Shown: positions 28,894 through 40,805 of the stretch, in pieces
Layout of the letters: the number at the start of each line of letters is the position of its first letter
Position numbering within the stretch: the stretch's first letter is position 1
Source: an uncultured Mycoplasmatota bacterium
GTDB taxonomy: Bacteria; Bacillota_I; Bacilli_A; RF39; UBA660
DNA length: 64,000 nucleotides
Assembly (NCBI GenBank): GCA_947643405.1
Contig: CANRVY010000004.1
Coordinates: 244-64,243 of the forward strand
Direction: 5' to 3'
Translations under genes and position numbers: made by a program
The notes under the pieces: model-generated
Databases searched by the model: none
Seen by the model: the letters and a program-made list of their open reading frames with translations, nothing else
What the model was told of the DNA's origin: nothing

Positions 28894-30918
28894 TTACTCT
28901 TCTACATGATCACAACTACTGCATTTTATCTTTTTATTTTTTTCTACTAACATACTTTTACATTCTGGACATTCTTTCCCAATTGGTTTATCCCAATATG
29001 CAGTTTTACATTTTGGATAATTGTTACATCCATAGAAAACTTTTCCTTTTTTCGTTTTCTTTTCTACAATTTTCCCCTCACAGTTTGGGCAGTCTACTAT
29101 TTCAACTACTGCTTTTGGCTCTGCTTTAATATATTTACATTCTGGAAAATTACTACAAGCTACAAAACTTCCATACTTTCCTTTTCTAATAACCAGCGGA
29201 TGACCACATTCTGGACAAGCTTCCCCTGTTTCTTCCACTTCTTTTTTGGGCATTGCATCAAAGGCATGTTTTACACTAGGCTCAAATTCTTTGTAAAAGT
29301 CTTCCAAAGTTTCATACCACACAATATCTCCATCTGCAATTTGGTCCAAATCTTTTTCCATATTTGCTGTATATTCCACATTGATTAAATGGGAAAAATA
29401 ATCTTGCAATTTATCTGTAATTTCAAAGCCGATATCTGTTGGTATAAATTTTTTTTCAACAACATTCACATATCCTCTTGTTTTTAATGTTTCCATAGTA
29501 GTTGCATAAGTACTAGGTCTACCAATTCCTAGTTCCTCCATCTCTTTAATTAATTTGGCCTCTGTATATCTTGCTGGTGGCTTTGTAAAATGTTGCTCTT
29601 TCTTGATTTCTTCTGAAATAATGATTTCGTTTGTTTTTAATTCTGGAAGTGATTTATCTTTGGTATCTTCATAATCACCATAAACTTTTAGATACCCATC
29701 AAACGTAATCACTTGTCCAGATGCTTTAAACTGGTACTCATGATTATTTAAAATTACTGTTGTATTATCAGTTTTCGCATCTGCCATTATGGAAGCCAAT
29801 GCACGTGAGTAAATTAATCGATATAATTTATATTCATCTGGAGTTAAATATGGTCTTACACTTTCTGGAGTCCTATTAATACTTGTTGGACGTATCGCTT
29901 CATGAGCATCTTGTACATTTTCCTTTTTCTTTCCTTGTTTTGCATGTCCGACATATTCTTTTCCATAAGTACTATTAATATACCCCATTGTTTCTTTCAC
30001 AAATTCATCTGATAAACGTGTTGAATCAGTACGCATATAACTAATTAAACCAACTGTTTCATCTTCTAATTTGATTCCTTCATATAATTTTTGAGCAATA
30101 CTCATTGTTTTTTTAGAAGTCATCCCTAGTTTTGATGAAGCATCTTGTTGTAAAGTACTTGTTATAAATGGAACTTTTGATGGTTTACTTTTGGCTTTTT
30201 TCTCAACACTCTCAATTTTAAATTCTTCTTCTAACGAAGATAATATCTTATCTGCTTCTTCTTCATTTTTTATTTCAATATCTTTTTTTTGATAAGCAAA
30301 TAACTCTGCTTCAAATTCTTTAAAAATAGCGTCAATCGTCCAATATTCTTCTGCCTTAAATGCTTCAATTTCTCTTTCTTTATCTACAACTAATTTTAAA
30401 GCTACACTCTGTACTCTTCCTGCACTACTACCATCTGTTTTTGACTGAATTAATTTGCTTAAACGAAATCCTATAATACGGTCTAAAATTCTTCTTGTCT
30501 CTTGACTATTTACCAAATCCTGGTCTATTTTTCTTGCGTTTTTAAAAGATTCTAAAATCGCATTTTTTGTAATTTCATTAAATACAATTCGGTCATACTT
30601 TTTAGAATCTAATCCAAGCGCATCATATAAATGCCACGCAATTGCTTCTCCTTCACGGTCTGGGTCGCTTGCAAGATAAACGAAATCTGATTCTTTAACA
30701 TCTTTTTTTAATTCATCTATTAATTTTTTCTTTCCTTTAATTGGTACATAGTCTGGTTTAAAATGATCTTCAATGTCTACTCCAAAACCATATTTTCCTT
30801 TGGTAGATAAGTCCCTAACATGTCCTTTACTAGAAACAACTTCATAGTCATCTCCAAGATATGCTTTAATTGTCGTTGCTTTATGTGGTGATTCGACAAT
30901 CACTAGTTTTTTTCCCAT
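28894..30918 (-). CDS. topA: DNA topoisomerase I
   Basis: IVESP, ASDPDREGE, SAGRVQS, ISYMRTDS, C-terminal zinc ribbons. Confidence 0.98.
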   Translation of the reverse strand: MGKKLVIVESPHKATTIKAYLGDDYEVVSSKGHVRDLSTKGKYGFGVDIEDHFKPDYVPIKGKKKLIDELKKDVKESDFVYLASDPDREGEAIAWHLYDALGLDSKKYDRIVFNEITKNAILESFKNARKIDQDLVNSQETRRILDRIIGFRLSKLIQSKTDGSSAGRVQSVALKLVVDKEREIEAFKAEEYWTIDAIFKEFEAELFAYQKKDIEIKNEEEADKILSSLEEEFKIESVEKKAKSKPSKVPFITSTLQQDASSKLGMTSKKTMSIAQKLYEGIKLEDETVGLISYMRTDSTRLSDEFVKETMGYINSTYGKEYVGHAKQGKKKENVQDAHEAIRPTSINRTPESVRPYLTPDEYKLYRLIYSRALASIMADAKTDNTTVILNNHEYQFKASGQVITFDGYLKVYGDYEDTKDKSLPELKTNEIIISEEIKKEQHFTKPPARYTEAKLIKEMEELGIGRPSTYATTMETLKTRGYVNVVEKKFIPTDIGFEITDKLQDYFSHLINVEYTANMEKDLDQIADGDIVWYETLEDFYKEFEPSVKHAFDAMPKKEVEETGEACPECGHPLVIRKGKYGSFVACSNFPECKYIKAEPKAVVEIVDCPNCEGKIVEKKTKKGKVFYGCNNYPKCKTAYWDKPIGKECPECKSMLVEKNKKIKCSSCDHVEE

Positions 30919-30980
30919 AATTCACTTCCTTTATATCAATACTAATTTATACACTATTATTGAAATCTTGTCAAATTTTT

Positions 30981-31919
30981 TTAAGATACTTTTCCACATT
31001 TGCTCCCCCATGATTCAATAAATTTAGAATCTTTATAGATTCTTAATATTTCACAATGGTTAGAACATTTTTCACATTCTCTGCCTTGAGTTTCAAAAGC
31101 GATATCAGCTACATCTAAAGTTCTCTTTTTGCCATCTTCATATTTATGAGAAAGAATGGCGATTCCGATTGCCCCCATTAAATGACTATTCGTATCTACA
31201 ATAATATCTTCATTTAAAACTTCTTTAAAGTATTTCTCTACTCCTTTATTTTTGCTAACACCCCCTTGAAATACAATTGGTGACATTATTTTTTTTCCTT
31301 TTCCAACATTGTTTAAATAATTTAGTACAACACTTTTACAAAGACCTGCTATAATATCTTCTTTTTTATAACCAACTTGTGCTTTATGTATTAAATCTGA
31401 TTCTGCAAAGACGGTACAACGTGCTGCTATTTTAACAGGGTTTTTAGATTTCAATGCAAGCGTTCCAAAATCTTCTATTTCAACCCCTAATCGCTTTGCT
31501 TGACTGGATAAAAAAGAGCCTGTTCCTGCTGCACAAAGTGTATTCATGGCATAATCTTCTATTAAGCCATCTTTTAATACAATCATTTTGGAATCTTGTC
31601 CTCCAATTTCCAAAATAGTCCTAACATCTGGATAAAAATGAGTTGTTCCAATCGCATGAGCAGTGATTTCATTTTTGACAACATTGGCATCTACCATGAG
31701 TCCTATCAATTTTCTAGCACTCCCTGTTGTTCCGATTCCATAAATTTCAATATCAGAACTCATACTATTTTTCATTTGATGTAATAAGGTTTTTACCGCT
31801 TTTATCGGATTTCCTTCCGTCCATATATAAAGAGAGTTTATAATTTTATTTTGTTCATCTAATATTACTCCTTTTGTAGAAATAGAGCCAATATCAATTC
31901 CTAAATAACCCTTTTTCAA
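30981..31919 (-). CDS. Acyl-CoA dehydratase activase (HgdC/BadF ATPase)
   Basis: GIDIGSISTK, EIGGQDSK, CAAGTG, RCTVFAES. Confidence 0.92.
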   Translation of the reverse strand: MKKGYLGIDIGSISTKGVILDEQNKIINSLYIWTEGNPIKAVKTLLHQMKNSMSSDIEIYGIGTTGSARKLIGLMVDANVVKNEITAHAIGTTHFYPDVRTILEIGGQDSKMIVLKDGLIEDYAMNTLCAAGTGSFLSSQAKRLGVEIEDFGTLALKSKNPVKIAARCTVFAESDLIHKAQVGYKKEDIIAGLCKSVVLNYLNNVGKGKKIMSPIVFQGGVSKNKGVEKYFKEVLNEDIIVDTNSHLMGAIGIAILSHKYEDGKKRTLDVADIAFETQGRECEKCSNHCEILRIYKDSKFIESWGSKCGKVS

Positions 31920-31922
31920 TTT

Positions 31923-33002
31923 TTATCTCCTCATTTCTAACATATCATAAAATGCTTCCAATCTGGTTTTTATTCCAACTTCAGATGTTCCTGTATCAAA
32001 ACTAAAAAATAAAAGAGGTACGTTATAATCATTACATACTTTTGATATAATAGGCATCGCACTAATTTCTGGTGTACAAAAAGAAGATTTAATATGAATA
32101 ATGCCATCATATCCTTGGAGACATAGTTCTTTTGCTCTTGCAATATTATCTATGGCATCTGCTCCCATTTTATAAGTGATATAGTCAGAAGCATCCTTTA
32201 AATATTGTTTGGTCTTTTTATGTTTTTCAAATAATAAATATGTCACATTGGTAAATCTCTTTATTTCAAAGTTCATAGAAGCTAATGTACGTTCTAATTC
32301 ATAATTAGAATAAGGTTCCATAATGGTATAAAGTTCTCCAATGATACCAATTTTTAATGGTCTTTCTGGCTTTTTAATTGGAATTCGTTCAAACTTTTTT
32401 TTATATTTCAAATATACTTTTTTTAATTGATAACAACTTTTTACTTTTGAAAATTCTAGTAACATTTCTTCTTTTAAATTTAAAAAACTATCTTTTTCTA
32501 TCTCAAATCCAATATTTTCTCTCATATAATGATCAATAAAATCCATATATTGCACCATTTTTTTTGTTATTCTCCCATAATAAAGTGCTTTTAAAATAGA
32601 TGCTTTTGGGTCTATTTCTTTTATGATGTGATAAATTCTTTTGATATCTGTTTTCCCTGCTGTTACTAAATTATAAACTTTGCAGTCATATCCTAAATCT
32701 TGGATTATTTGTTCTTGAAGTTCAGCATAATATCCATATCTACAACCGCCCCCTGCTTGAATGAGTATTTTTGCTCCTTGTTCTAAACCTTCTATCAATG
32801 TTCCAAGGGTATATTTAAATGGGGTACATACAAATTCTGGACTATATTTTGCCCCTATTTCTATTGTTCTTGCTGTAATTGGTTTTGGCTTTATAATTTT
32901 ATTATGTATGATATGAGAAAGTAGAAAGTGTGCTGGTATATCATAATCTCCCATTTTAGGGAATGTAACACTATCTAACTTTTTTCTGCTCAAGAATATC
33001 AA
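31923..33002 (-). CDS. 2-hydroxyacyl-CoA dehydratase-related protein
   Basis: SPEFVCTPFK, GGGCRYGYY, GELY, FCTPE, TRLEAF. Confidence 0.8.
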   Translation of the reverse strand: MIFLSRKKLDSVTFPKMGDYDIPAHFLLSHIIHNKIIKPKPITARTIEIGAKYSPEFVCTPFKYTLGTLIEGLEQGAKILIQAGGGCRYGYYAELQEQIIQDLGYDCKVYNLVTAGKTDIKRIYHIIKEIDPKASILKALYYGRITKKMVQYMDFIDHYMRENIGFEIEKDSFLNLKEEMLLEFSKVKSCYQLKKVYLKYKKKFERIPIKKPERPLKIGIIGELYTIMEPYSNYELERTLASMNFEIKRFTNVTYLLFEKHKKTKQYLKDASDYITYKMGADAIDNIARAKELCLQGYDGIIHIKSSFCTPEISAMPIISKVCNDYNVPLLFFSFDTGTSEVGIKTRLEAFYDMLEMRR

Positions 33003-33876
33003 TAAAACTTTCTAAACGTGTTTCCATTCCAGCACTCCCACTTTCTTCATCTATAATCAAATTCAAATATGGCATTTTTATTTTTCTCATCAATAATTCA
33101 TTAACTAAACTATCTGGTCCACAAGGAAATGTTGATAAAAACAAAACTCCATCCACTCTATCTTTTATGAAAGGAAGAATTCCAACTAAATCTTTATTAT
33201 ATTTCCAATATAAGCTAGAAGAAAATTCAAAATAATCATTTTTATTACTCTCTATTAAAGCATTTGCATTAATAGAAATAGCTCCCAAATTCTCTATTGT
33301 ATTTTTTATTTCTTTTCCTATAAAAGCATCTTCAAAATTATAAGGATGACTCATTACTAACAGTTTCTTTTTAGAAGATGATAATTTTTCTAATTCCAAT
33401 TTTCTTTTTTTCTTCTTTTCTTTTTCCACTTTTTGCACACTATTAAAATAAGCAATTTTTGATTGTTCTTTTCCTTTTCCGAGTAGCATTCCAAGTTTTA
33501 TAAATGCTTTCATCTCTGTTTCTTTATGTGTTTCATCCACATTGTAAGTTAATAATGGGATTTTAAAAAGATTAGCAACTATATCATAAAGGCCTAAAAA
33601 GTTTGTGCAAGTTTGATTGTATGTTCCATAATTATCAATTCTTGGAACTAAAATAGCATCACATTTTCCTACTAAATAATGGATATGTCCCAAATATAAT
33701 TTTAAAGAGAGACACATTTCATCATTTGCGCATTTACATCCATTTTCTAATATTTCTCTTGTTGTTTTTGGACTTATTACAACTTCATATCCCAATTCTT
33801 CCAAAAAGCTTCTCCACATATCACCATAATAATAATAGTGAAGGGCTCTTGGTATTCCAATTTTAATCTTGTCCAT
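32971..33876 (-). CDS. Acyl-CoA dehydratase activase-related protein (DUF2229)
   Basis: IGIPRAL, EMCLSLK, HPYN, FPCGPDS, TRLESF. Confidence 0.85.
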   Translation of the reverse strand: MDKIKIGIPRALHYYYYGDMWRSFLEELGYEVVISPKTTREILENGCKCANDEMCLSLKLYLGHIHYLVGKCDAILVPRIDNYGTYNQTCTNFLGLYDIVANLFKIPLLTYNVDETHKETEMKAFIKLGMLLGKGKEQSKIAYFNSVQKVEKEKKKKRKLELEKLSSSKKKLLVMSHPYNFEDAFIGKEIKNTIENLGAISINANALIESNKNDYFEFSSSLYWKYNKDLVGILPFIKDRVDGVLFLSTFPCGPDSLVNELLMRKIKMPYLNLIIDEESGSAGMETRLESFIDILEQKKVR

Positions 33877-33917
33877 CTCATCACCTAAAGCATTATATGT
33901 TCTGTTTCTTTTTTTAT

Positions 33918-33947
33918 GAATAATAAATTCTATCGTTGTACATATTA
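33918..33947 (+). promoter_or_regulatory. SigG-like (forespore) promoter
   Basis: GAATA-18nt-CATATTA matches the SigG consensus GHATR-N18-CATXHTA, upstream of the DUF1540 gene. Confidence 0.55.
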
Positions 33948-33965
33948 AAAATGGTGATTACAAGT

Positions 33966-34127
33966 ATGAAAAATCAAGCAATTCATTGTTCTGTTCACAA
34001 TTGTGATTTTTGTAATGAACAAGAAAATCATTGTGAATTAGAAGAAATTAAAGTATGTAATTGTTCTAAAACGGATGATAAAGAAGCAACCATGTGCGAC
34101 AGTTTCAAAGAAAAAGAAAGCAGATAA
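33966..34127 (+). CDS. DUF1540 small Cys-rich protein
   Basis: IHCSVHNCDF...HC.LEEIKV...TMCDSF. Confidence 0.85.
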   Translation: MKNQAIHCSVHNCDFCNEQENHCELEEIKVCNCSKTDDKEATMCDSFKEKESR

Positions 34128-34197
34128 CTCCTTATCTGTTTTTTTCATAAATCATAGTCAAAATATTCAGTTTATGATATAATATCTCTGGAAAGAG

Positions 34198-35472
34198 ATG
34201 AAGCATATGATGAAAATGAAACAATTAACACCAGCAGAATTTGAAGATTTTACAAATACGTTTAATGTCCATTCTTTGTATCAAACGGTAGAATATGCTG
34301 ATGTTATGGCACGTCAGGGTCTCGGAACCTTATTTGTAGGAATGATGGATGGTAATCACATAGTTGCAGCTTCTTTGATTTTAATCGAAAAGAGTGATGG
34401 TTTCAATTATGCTTATGCTCCTAGAGGATTTTTAATCAATTACAACAATTATGATCTGTTAAAGAAATTTACTTCTCTTTTAAAGAAATTTTTGGGAAAA
34501 AGGGATATCATTGCAGTAAAATTAAATCCACTCATTATTAAGGAGGTTCATGATAAATATAATCACTTAAAGGAAACTAATGATTATTTTGGAAAAGTTT
34601 ATAACGATTTAAAAAGACTTGGCTATTATCACTTAGGATATAATCATTTTTTTGAAGCGTTTAAGCCAAGATTTGAAGCAATTTTAAGTTTAGATTCTCC
34701 ATATTTCCAATTGTTTAATGGAATGAGTAAAGGATATCGAACTAAAATCAGAAGTGCTGAAAAAAACGGTATGAAAGTTCATAGAGGAAATATTAATAAT
34801 TTAGATTTCCTATATCTACAAACCAAAGAAAAATATCCAAGAGATTTAAAGTTCTTTCAAGATATTTACCAAGTATTTGGAGCTACAAATAAAGTAGAGT
34901 TTTATTATGCCAAACTAGATACAACTTACTTTCTTACAAAAACTCAAGAAGCTTATTCATTGGCAGAACAGAAAAGTGCTGATGTTAATCAACAAGTTCT
35001 TGCTAACTTAGGTGAAAATAGTGCTCGATTAGTTGATTTTAAAATCATTTGTGACAATCAAACCAATTTTTATAAAAATGAACTTATCACAGCCACTAAT
35101 TTACTTCGTGATTTTCCTACTGGAGCAATACTTGCTTCTGCTATGATTATTAAGAATAAAGATGAAGTTTTCTTATTTATGGATGGATTTGATCCTAATT
35201 ATAAACATTTTAATGCAAAGCATTTGTTACTTTGGAAATTAATTGAAAAGTTTTCCAATGAAGGATTTAAAAAGTTTAACTTAGGTAGCGTTACAAATCC
35301 AATTTTAGAAAAGAATCCTTATAAAGGATTAAATGACTTTAAGAAAAATTTTGGTGCAGACACTTATGAATATGTTGGTGATTTAGAACTTATTACCAAT
35401 AAAACGCTTTATTTTATGTATCGTAATGCTGCTCCAATTAGAAATATGTTAAAACGATTAAAAACAGTCTAA
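34198..35472 (+). CDS. FemAB/FemX/MurM family peptidoglycan bridge aminoacyltransferase
   Basis: YAPRGF, KLNP, coiled-coil insert, GLNDFKKNFGA, EYVGD. Confidence 0.88.
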   Translation: MKHMMKMKQLTPAEFEDFTNTFNVHSLYQTVEYADVMARQGLGTLFVGMMDGNHIVAASLILIEKSDGFNYAYAPRGFLINYNNYDLLKKFTSLLKKFLGKRDIIAVKLNPLIIKEVHDKYNHLKETNDYFGKVYNDLKRLGYYHLGYNHFFEAFKPRFEAILSLDSPYFQLFNGMSKGYRTKIRSAEKNGMKVHRGNINNLDFLYLQTKEKYPRDLKFFQDIYQVFGATNKVEFYYAKLDTTYFLTKTQEAYSLAEQKSADVNQQVLANLGENSARLVDFKIICDNQTNFYKNELITATNLLRDFPTGAILASAMIIKNKDEVFLFMDGFDPNYKHFNAKHLLLWKLIEKFSNEGFKKFNLGSVTNPILEKNPYKGLNDFKKNFGADTYEYVGDLELITNKTLYFMYRNAAPIRNMLKRLKTV

Positions 35473-35481
35473 GACTGTTTT
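35461..35481. terminator. Bidirectional hairpin between convergent genes
   Basis: AAAACAGTCT-A-AGACTGTTTT. Confidence 0.6.
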
Positions 35482-36440
35482 TATTTCCACATTTTTTTCG
35501 TTTTTTCGACGGCTTCTTTTCTTTGCTCTTCTTTAATAATTGGATCACTTAATTCAATAATATTTTTGACTAATAAAGTTGCATATAAATAACCTTCATA
35601 AATGAGTGGATCTGGATTATGAAGTCCTTCTATCGCTCTTTCATATGCTAACCTTAGATAGTCTTGTTTCAACAAAACTTCTAATGTTGATCGTAGTTGA
35701 GCTTTTTGAGGTAGTAATCCATACCTTAATACAACTCCAGAATTTACACTCCAAATATTTCTTTTTTTAAAGTCGGCTATCATAATAGGAAGATTATTGG
35801 TAAATTGTTCCCATGCTTCTTTGGTTATAAAGTCCTGTTCTTTTTCTGATATGATTGGAGTCCAATCACGATTTACAATATTTTGCAACAATTCAAAATT
35901 ATCTGCTTCTACAACTAGTTTAATTTTTGCTGCAATTAAATAATTTTTCAATTGCTCTCTTCTACTTATTTCATCAATACTATATTCGTTAAAAATAGGT
36001 GGCAAATTAGATAAATCTACAGCATATCTAGGATCATATATTTCAGTATGGTTTCCAACAACAGATTTTAAAATTGAAATATAATCTCCTAACCCAAAAT
36101 GTTCTGATAAATCATCATGCAGTAATAATTCTCCAAGTCTTCCATGGTCCTTAATTCCATACTTTTCTTCTAATTCAGCATCTTTTAAATTTCCAATTAG
36201 CAGATATTGAGCAAATCTTCCAATGTCGTGGAATAAGCCATCTACGGCTGCCGTTTCTTCATAGCTTTCGTGAAATAATCCTGACCCTGCTGTTATTCTA
36301 GGTACGGCTTCTGACATAGAAATACCATGCTTTATTTTTAATTTCACACTATTATCAGCTTTTCCATACATTTCTTCTATATTTCCAAGTTGTATTTTGC
36401 CATATTCAGTATAAAGTGTTCTTAATTTCTGTATTTCCAT
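35481..36440 (-). CDS. HD-domain phosphohydrolase
   Basis: KIKH, GLFHDIGRF, DHGRLG, NH, EADNFE. Confidence 0.82.
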   Translation of the reverse strand: MEIQKLRTLYTEYGKIQLGNIEEMYGKADNSVKLKIKHGISMSEAVPRITAGSGLFHESYEETAAVDGLFHDIGRFAQYLLIGNLKDAELEEKYGIKDHGRLGELLLHDDLSEHFGLGDYISILKSVVGNHTEIYDPRYAVDLSNLPPIFNEYSIDEISRREQLKNYLIAAKIKLVVEADNFELLQNIVNRDWTPIISEKEQDFITKEAWEQFTNNLPIMIADFKKRNIWSVNSGVVLRYGLLPQKAQLRSTLEVLLKQDYLRLAYERAIEGLHNPDPLIYEGYLYATLLVKNIIELSDPIIKEEQRKEAVEKTKKMWK

Positions 36441-36478
36441 AAAATCCCCCTTGTTATATTATTATATTACTTTAGAAA

Positions 36479-36508
36479 GAAAAAAACCAGAAATATTTCT
36501 GGCTTTTT
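36479..36508 (-). terminator. tuf terminator
   Basis: CCAGAAA-TA-TTTCTGG flanked by A/T runs. Confidence 0.7.
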
Positions 36509-36512
36509 ATCA

Positions 36513-37697
36513 TTATTCAACGATTTCTGAAACGTTTCCTGCTCCAACAGTTCTTCCACCTTCACGAATTGAGAACTTAGTTCCGTTTTCAATAGCGATT
36601 GGGTGAATTAATTCTACTGTCATTTCAACGTTATCTCCAGGCATAACCATTTCAACACCTTCTGGTAATTCAATAGTTCCTGTTACGTCAGTTGTACGGA
36701 AGTAGAATTGTGGACGATAGTTACTGAAGAATGGAGTATGTCTTCCACCTTCTTCTTTGCTAAGTACATAAACTGTAGCTTTGAATTTTTTATGTGGAGT
36801 AACTGAACCTGGTTTTGCTAATACTTGACCACGTTCTACATCTTCACGAGAAATACCACGTAATAATACACCAGCATTGTCTCCTGCTTCAGCATAATCT
36901 AATTGTTTACGGAACATTTCAATTCCTGTAACAACAGATTTTTTAGTTTCTTTAATACCAACAATTTCAATTTCATCATTAAGTTTTAATTGTCCTCTTT
37001 CGACACGTCCTGTAACAACAGTTCCACGTCCTGTAATTGTAAATACATCTTCGATTGGCATTAAGAATGGTTTTTCTGTATCTCTTGCTGGAGTTTCGAT
37101 GTAACTGTCAACAGCTGCCATTAATTCATCAATTTTAGCAGCCCATGTAGCATCTCCTTCAAGAGCTTTTAATGCAGAACCACGAATGATTGGAGTGTTA
37201 TCTCCATCGTATCCATATTCACTTAATAATTCACGAATTTCCATTTCAACAAGGTCTAATAATTCAGCGTCATCAACCATGTCACATTTGTTCATGAATA
37301 CAACCATACGAGGTACACCAACTTGACGTGATAATAAAATGTGTTCACGTGTTTGTGCCATTGGTCCATCAGTTGCAGCAATAACTAAGATTGCTCCATC
37401 CATTTGAGCTGCACCAGTAATCATGTTTTTTACATAGTCAGCATGCCCTGGACAGTCAACGTGTGCATAATGTCTAGCTTCAGTACTGTACTCAATGTGT
37501 GCAGTATTGATTGTAATACCACGTTCTCTTTCTTCAGGTGCTTTATCAATATTGTTAAAATCAACTTTTTCGTTACCATTTTTTCCAGCTAAATGAGATG
37601 AAATAGCTGCTGTTAAAGTTGTTTTACCATGATCAACGTGTCCAATTGTACCAATGTTAACATGTGGTTTTGAACGATCATATTTTTGTTTTGCCAT
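36513..37697 (-). CDS. tuf: Elongation factor Tu
   Basis: [17 protein letters not shown]. Confidence 0.99.
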   Translation of the reverse strand: MAKQKYDRSKPHVNIGTIGHVDHGKTTLTAAISSHLAGKNGNEKVDFNNIDKAPEERERGITINTAHIEYSTEARHYAHVDCPGHADYVKNMITGAAQMDGAILVIAATDGPMAQTREHILLSRQVGVPRMVVFMNKCDMVDDAELLDLVEMEIRELLSEYGYDGDNTPIIRGSALKALEGDATWAAKIDELMAAVDSYIETPARDTEKPFLMPIEDVFTITGRGTVVTGRVERGQLKLNDEIEIVGIKETKKSVVTGIEMFRKQLDYAEAGDNAGVLLRGISREDVERGQVLAKPGSVTPHKKFKATVYVLSKEEGGRHTPFFSNYRPQFYFRTTDVTGTIELPEGVEMVMPGDNVEMTVELIHPIAIENGTKFSIREGGRTVGAGNVSEIVE

Positions 37698-37768
37698 AAA
37701 TTTCCTCCTTATAATTAATTACATAATATATTTTATATCAACTAAAGAAAAATAGCAAGTATTTTCCC

Positions 37769-39841
37769 TTAGTTTCCACCATTTTTCTTGATGATTTCAT
37801 CAGAAATATTTCTAGGTACTTCTTCATAATGATCAAATACCATAGTGAAGTTTCCACGTCCTTGTGTATTTGATCTTAAAGATGTTGCATATCCAAACAT
37901 TTCTGAAAGTGGTACCATTGCATCAATTGCAAGTGCATTTCCTCTTGATTCTTGACCAAGTGGACGTCCACGACGAGACGTAATATCTCCCATTACATTT
38001 CCTAGATATTCATCTGGAACAATTACTTGAACTTTCATAATTGGTTCTAGTAAAATTGGTTTACATTTATTTTTAGCTTCTTTTAAAGCCATAGAAGCAG
38101 CGATTTTAAATGCCATTTCTGATGAGTCTACATCATGATAAGAACCATCAAATAAAGTTGCTTTCACATCTACCATTGGATAACCTGCTAAAACTCCAGT
38201 TTTCATAGCATCTTGTAAACCTTTATCAGTAACTGGAATATATTCACGAGGAACAACTCCACCTACAACTGCATCTACGAATTCATAACCTTTATCTGGA
38301 TTTGGTTCAAATTTAATCCATACATGTCCATATTGTCCACGTCCTCCAGATTGTTTAATGTATTTTCCTTCACATTCTCCCATTTGAGTTAATGTTTCAC
38401 GGTAAGATACTTGTGGTTTACCAATATTTGCTTCTACATTAAATTCTCTTTTCATACGGTCAACAATGATATCTAGGTGAAGTTCTCCCATTCCAGCGAT
38501 AATTGTTTGACCTGTCTCATGATTTGTACTAGCTTTAAAGGTTGGATCTTCTTCAGATAATTTCTGTAAAGCTGTTGCCATTTTATCTTGATCTGCTTTT
38601 GATTTTGGTTCCACAGCAAGTTCAATAACTGGTTCTGGGAATTCCATTGATTCCAAAATACAAGCTTTCTTTTCATCACATAATGTATCTCCAGTAGTTG
38701 TATTTTTAAGTCCTACTGCTGCAGCAATATCACCAGTGTATACATCTGTAATTTCAGTACGATTATTAGCATGCATTTGTAAAATACGACCAATTCTCTC
38801 CTTTGAATTCTTTGTTGCATTAAGCACATAAGAACCACTACTCAAGTGTCCTGAGTATACACGGAAGAATGTTAATTTACCAACAAATGGATCTGTCATT
38901 ACTTTGAATGCTAACGCACTAAATGGTTCATTATCACTTGGATGTCTTTCAATATCATTACCATCCATATCAACACCTTTAATTGCTTCAATGTCAAGTG
39001 GAGATGGTAAATAGTCTACTACTGCATCTAGTAATAATTTTACTCCAATATTTCCTAAAGCAGTTCCACATAACACTGGGAAGAATTCAACTGCGAGTGT
39101 TCCTTTACGGATAGCACGCTTGATTAAATCAACACCGATTTCTTCTCCCTCAAGATATTTGTTCATAAGTTCATCATCAAACTCAGCAACAGCTTCTATT
39201 AAGTCATTACGTTTTTCTTCCACTAAATCAACCATATCTGCTGGAATATCAATGATTGTTGGATTTTCCTCTTGTTTTCCATCATAATGATAAGCAGTAC
39301 GAGTTAACAAATCAATAATTCCATTGAATTCATTTTCTGCCCCAATTGGCCATTCAATAGGTTTTGCATTAACACCTAATCTACTTTTGATAGTTCCCAA
39401 ACTATATTCAAAGCTTGCTCCCATTTTATCCATTTTATTACAGAAAATCATACGAGGTACTTTGAACTCAGTAGCTTGGCGCCATACAGTTTCAGTTTGT
39501 GGTTCAACACCAGCTTGTGAATCTAGAAGAGCTACTGCACCATCTAAAACACGAAGTGATCTTGATACTTCAACTGTAAAATCTACGTGTCCTGGAGTAT
39601 CGATAATATTAAATCTATGATCTTTCCAGAAAGCGGTAGTGGCAGCTGAAGTGATTGTAATTCCACGTTCTTGTTCTTGTTCCATCCAGTCCATTTGGGC
39701 TGCTCCATCATGAGTTTCCCCAATTTTATGGATTTTACCAGTGTGGAATAATACACGTTCTGTACAGGTTGTTTTTCCAGCATCGATATGTGCCATGATA
39801 CCTATATTACGTGTGTTTTCTAAACTATAGTCACGAGCCAT
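37769..39841 (-). CDS. fusA: Elongation factor G
   Basis: [24 protein letters not shown]. Confidence 0.99.
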   Translation of the reverse strand: MARDYSLENTRNIGIMAHIDAGKTTCTERVLFHTGKIHKIGETHDGAAQMDWMEQEQERGITITSAATTAFWKDHRFNIIDTPGHVDFTVEVSRSLRVLDGAVALLDSQAGVEPQTETVWRQATEFKVPRMIFCNKMDKMGASFEYSLGTIKSRLGVNAKPIEWPIGAENEFNGIIDLLTRTAYHYDGKQEENPTIIDIPADMVDLVEEKRNDLIEAVAEFDDELMNKYLEGEEIGVDLIKRAIRKGTLAVEFFPVLCGTALGNIGVKLLLDAVVDYLPSPLDIEAIKGVDMDGNDIERHPSDNEPFSALAFKVMTDPFVGKLTFFRVYSGHLSSGSYVLNATKNSKERIGRILQMHANNRTEITDVYTGDIAAAVGLKNTTTGDTLCDEKKACILESMEFPEPVIELAVEPKSKADQDKMATALQKLSEEDPTFKASTNHETGQTIIAGMGELHLDIIVDRMKREFNVEANIGKPQVSYRETLTQMGECEGKYIKQSGGRGQYGHVWIKFEPNPDKGYEFVDAVVGGVVPREYIPVTDKGLQDAMKTGVLAGYPMVDVKATLFDGSYHDVDSSEMAFKIAASMALKEAKNKCKPILLEPIMKVQVIVPDEYLGNVMGDITSRRGRPLGQESRGNALAIDAMVPLSEMFGYATSLRSNTQGRGNFTMVFDHYEEVPRNISDEIIKKNGGN

Positions 39842-39868
39842 ACTCTTGTTTTCCTTTCTTAATTGTTA

Positions 39869-40336
39869 TTACCAACGATAATGTGCGAACGCTTTATTTG
39901 CTTCTGCCATACGGTGAGTATCTTCACGCTTTTTAACAGCAGCTCCTACACCGTTTGATGCATCTACGATTTCGTTTGCTAAATTTTCAGCCATAGAATG
40001 ACCTCCACGTAATCTAGCATACCCTATTAACCAACGCATCGCTAATGCTCTTGCTCTATCTGGTTTTACTTCAATTGGCACTTGATAGTTAGCTCCACCT
40101 ACACGGCGGCTTTTTACTTCTAGTGCTGGTTGAATATTTTCCATTGCTTTATTAAAGACTTCTAATGGTTCTTCTCCAGTTTTTTCTTTTACAATATCAA
40201 ATGATTTATATAAGATTTTTTGAGCAGTACCTTTTTTTCCATCTACCATAATCGTATTAATTAATTTTGTTACTAATTTTGAATTATATAGTGGATCTGG
40301 TAGAACGTCTCTTTTAACAGCACGTCTTTTACGCAT
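39869..40336 (-). CDS. rpsG: 30S ribosomal protein S7
   Basis: [25 protein letters not shown]. Confidence 0.99.
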   Translation of the reverse strand: MRKRRAVKRDVLPDPLYNSKLVTKLINTIMVDGKKGTAQKILYKSFDIVKEKTGEEPLEVFNKAMENIQPALEVKSRRVGGANYQVPIEVKPDRARALAMRWLIGYARLRGGHSMAENLANEIVDASNGVGAAVKKREDTHRMAEANKAFAHYRW

Positions 40337-40372
40337 ATAAATCCTCCTCTCCTATTTTGTTACATTTTTAAA

Positions 40373-40789
40373 TTATTTATTCTTTGGTTTTTTAGCACCA
40401 TATTTAGAACGACCTTGACGACGTTTTTCAACTCCAGCTGTATCCATAGTACCACGAATTACATGATAACGAACACCGATTAAGTCTTTAACACGTCCAC
40501 CACGAACTAATACAACACTATGTTCTTGTAAGTTATGTCCTTCTCCTGGGATATAAGCATCGATTTCACGACCATTACTTAATCTAACACGAGCGTATTT
40601 ACGAAGAGCTGAGTTTGGTTTCTTTGGAGTTTTTGTACCAACACGAGTACAAACACCACGTTTTTGAGGAGAGTTTTGATTTGTTTGTTTTTTCTCCTTG
40701 CTGTTATATCCAATCCCTAATACAGGTGATTTACTTTTTCTTGTTTTTTCACTTCTTCTCTTGCGAACTAATTGATTAATTGTAGGCAT
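40373..40789 (-). CDS. rpsL: 30S ribosomal protein S12
   Basis: [10 protein letters not shown] start at 40789, [18 protein letters not shown]. Confidence 0.99.
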   Translation of the reverse strand: MPTINQLVRKRRSEKTRKSKSPVLGIGYNSKEKKQTNQNSPQKRGVCTRVGTKTPKKPNSALRKYARVRLSNGREIDAYIPGEGHNLQEHSVVLVRGGRVKDLIGVRYHVIRGTMDTAGVEKRRQGRSKYGAKKPKNK

Positions 40790-40805
40790 AGTTTCATCCT
40801 CCTTT

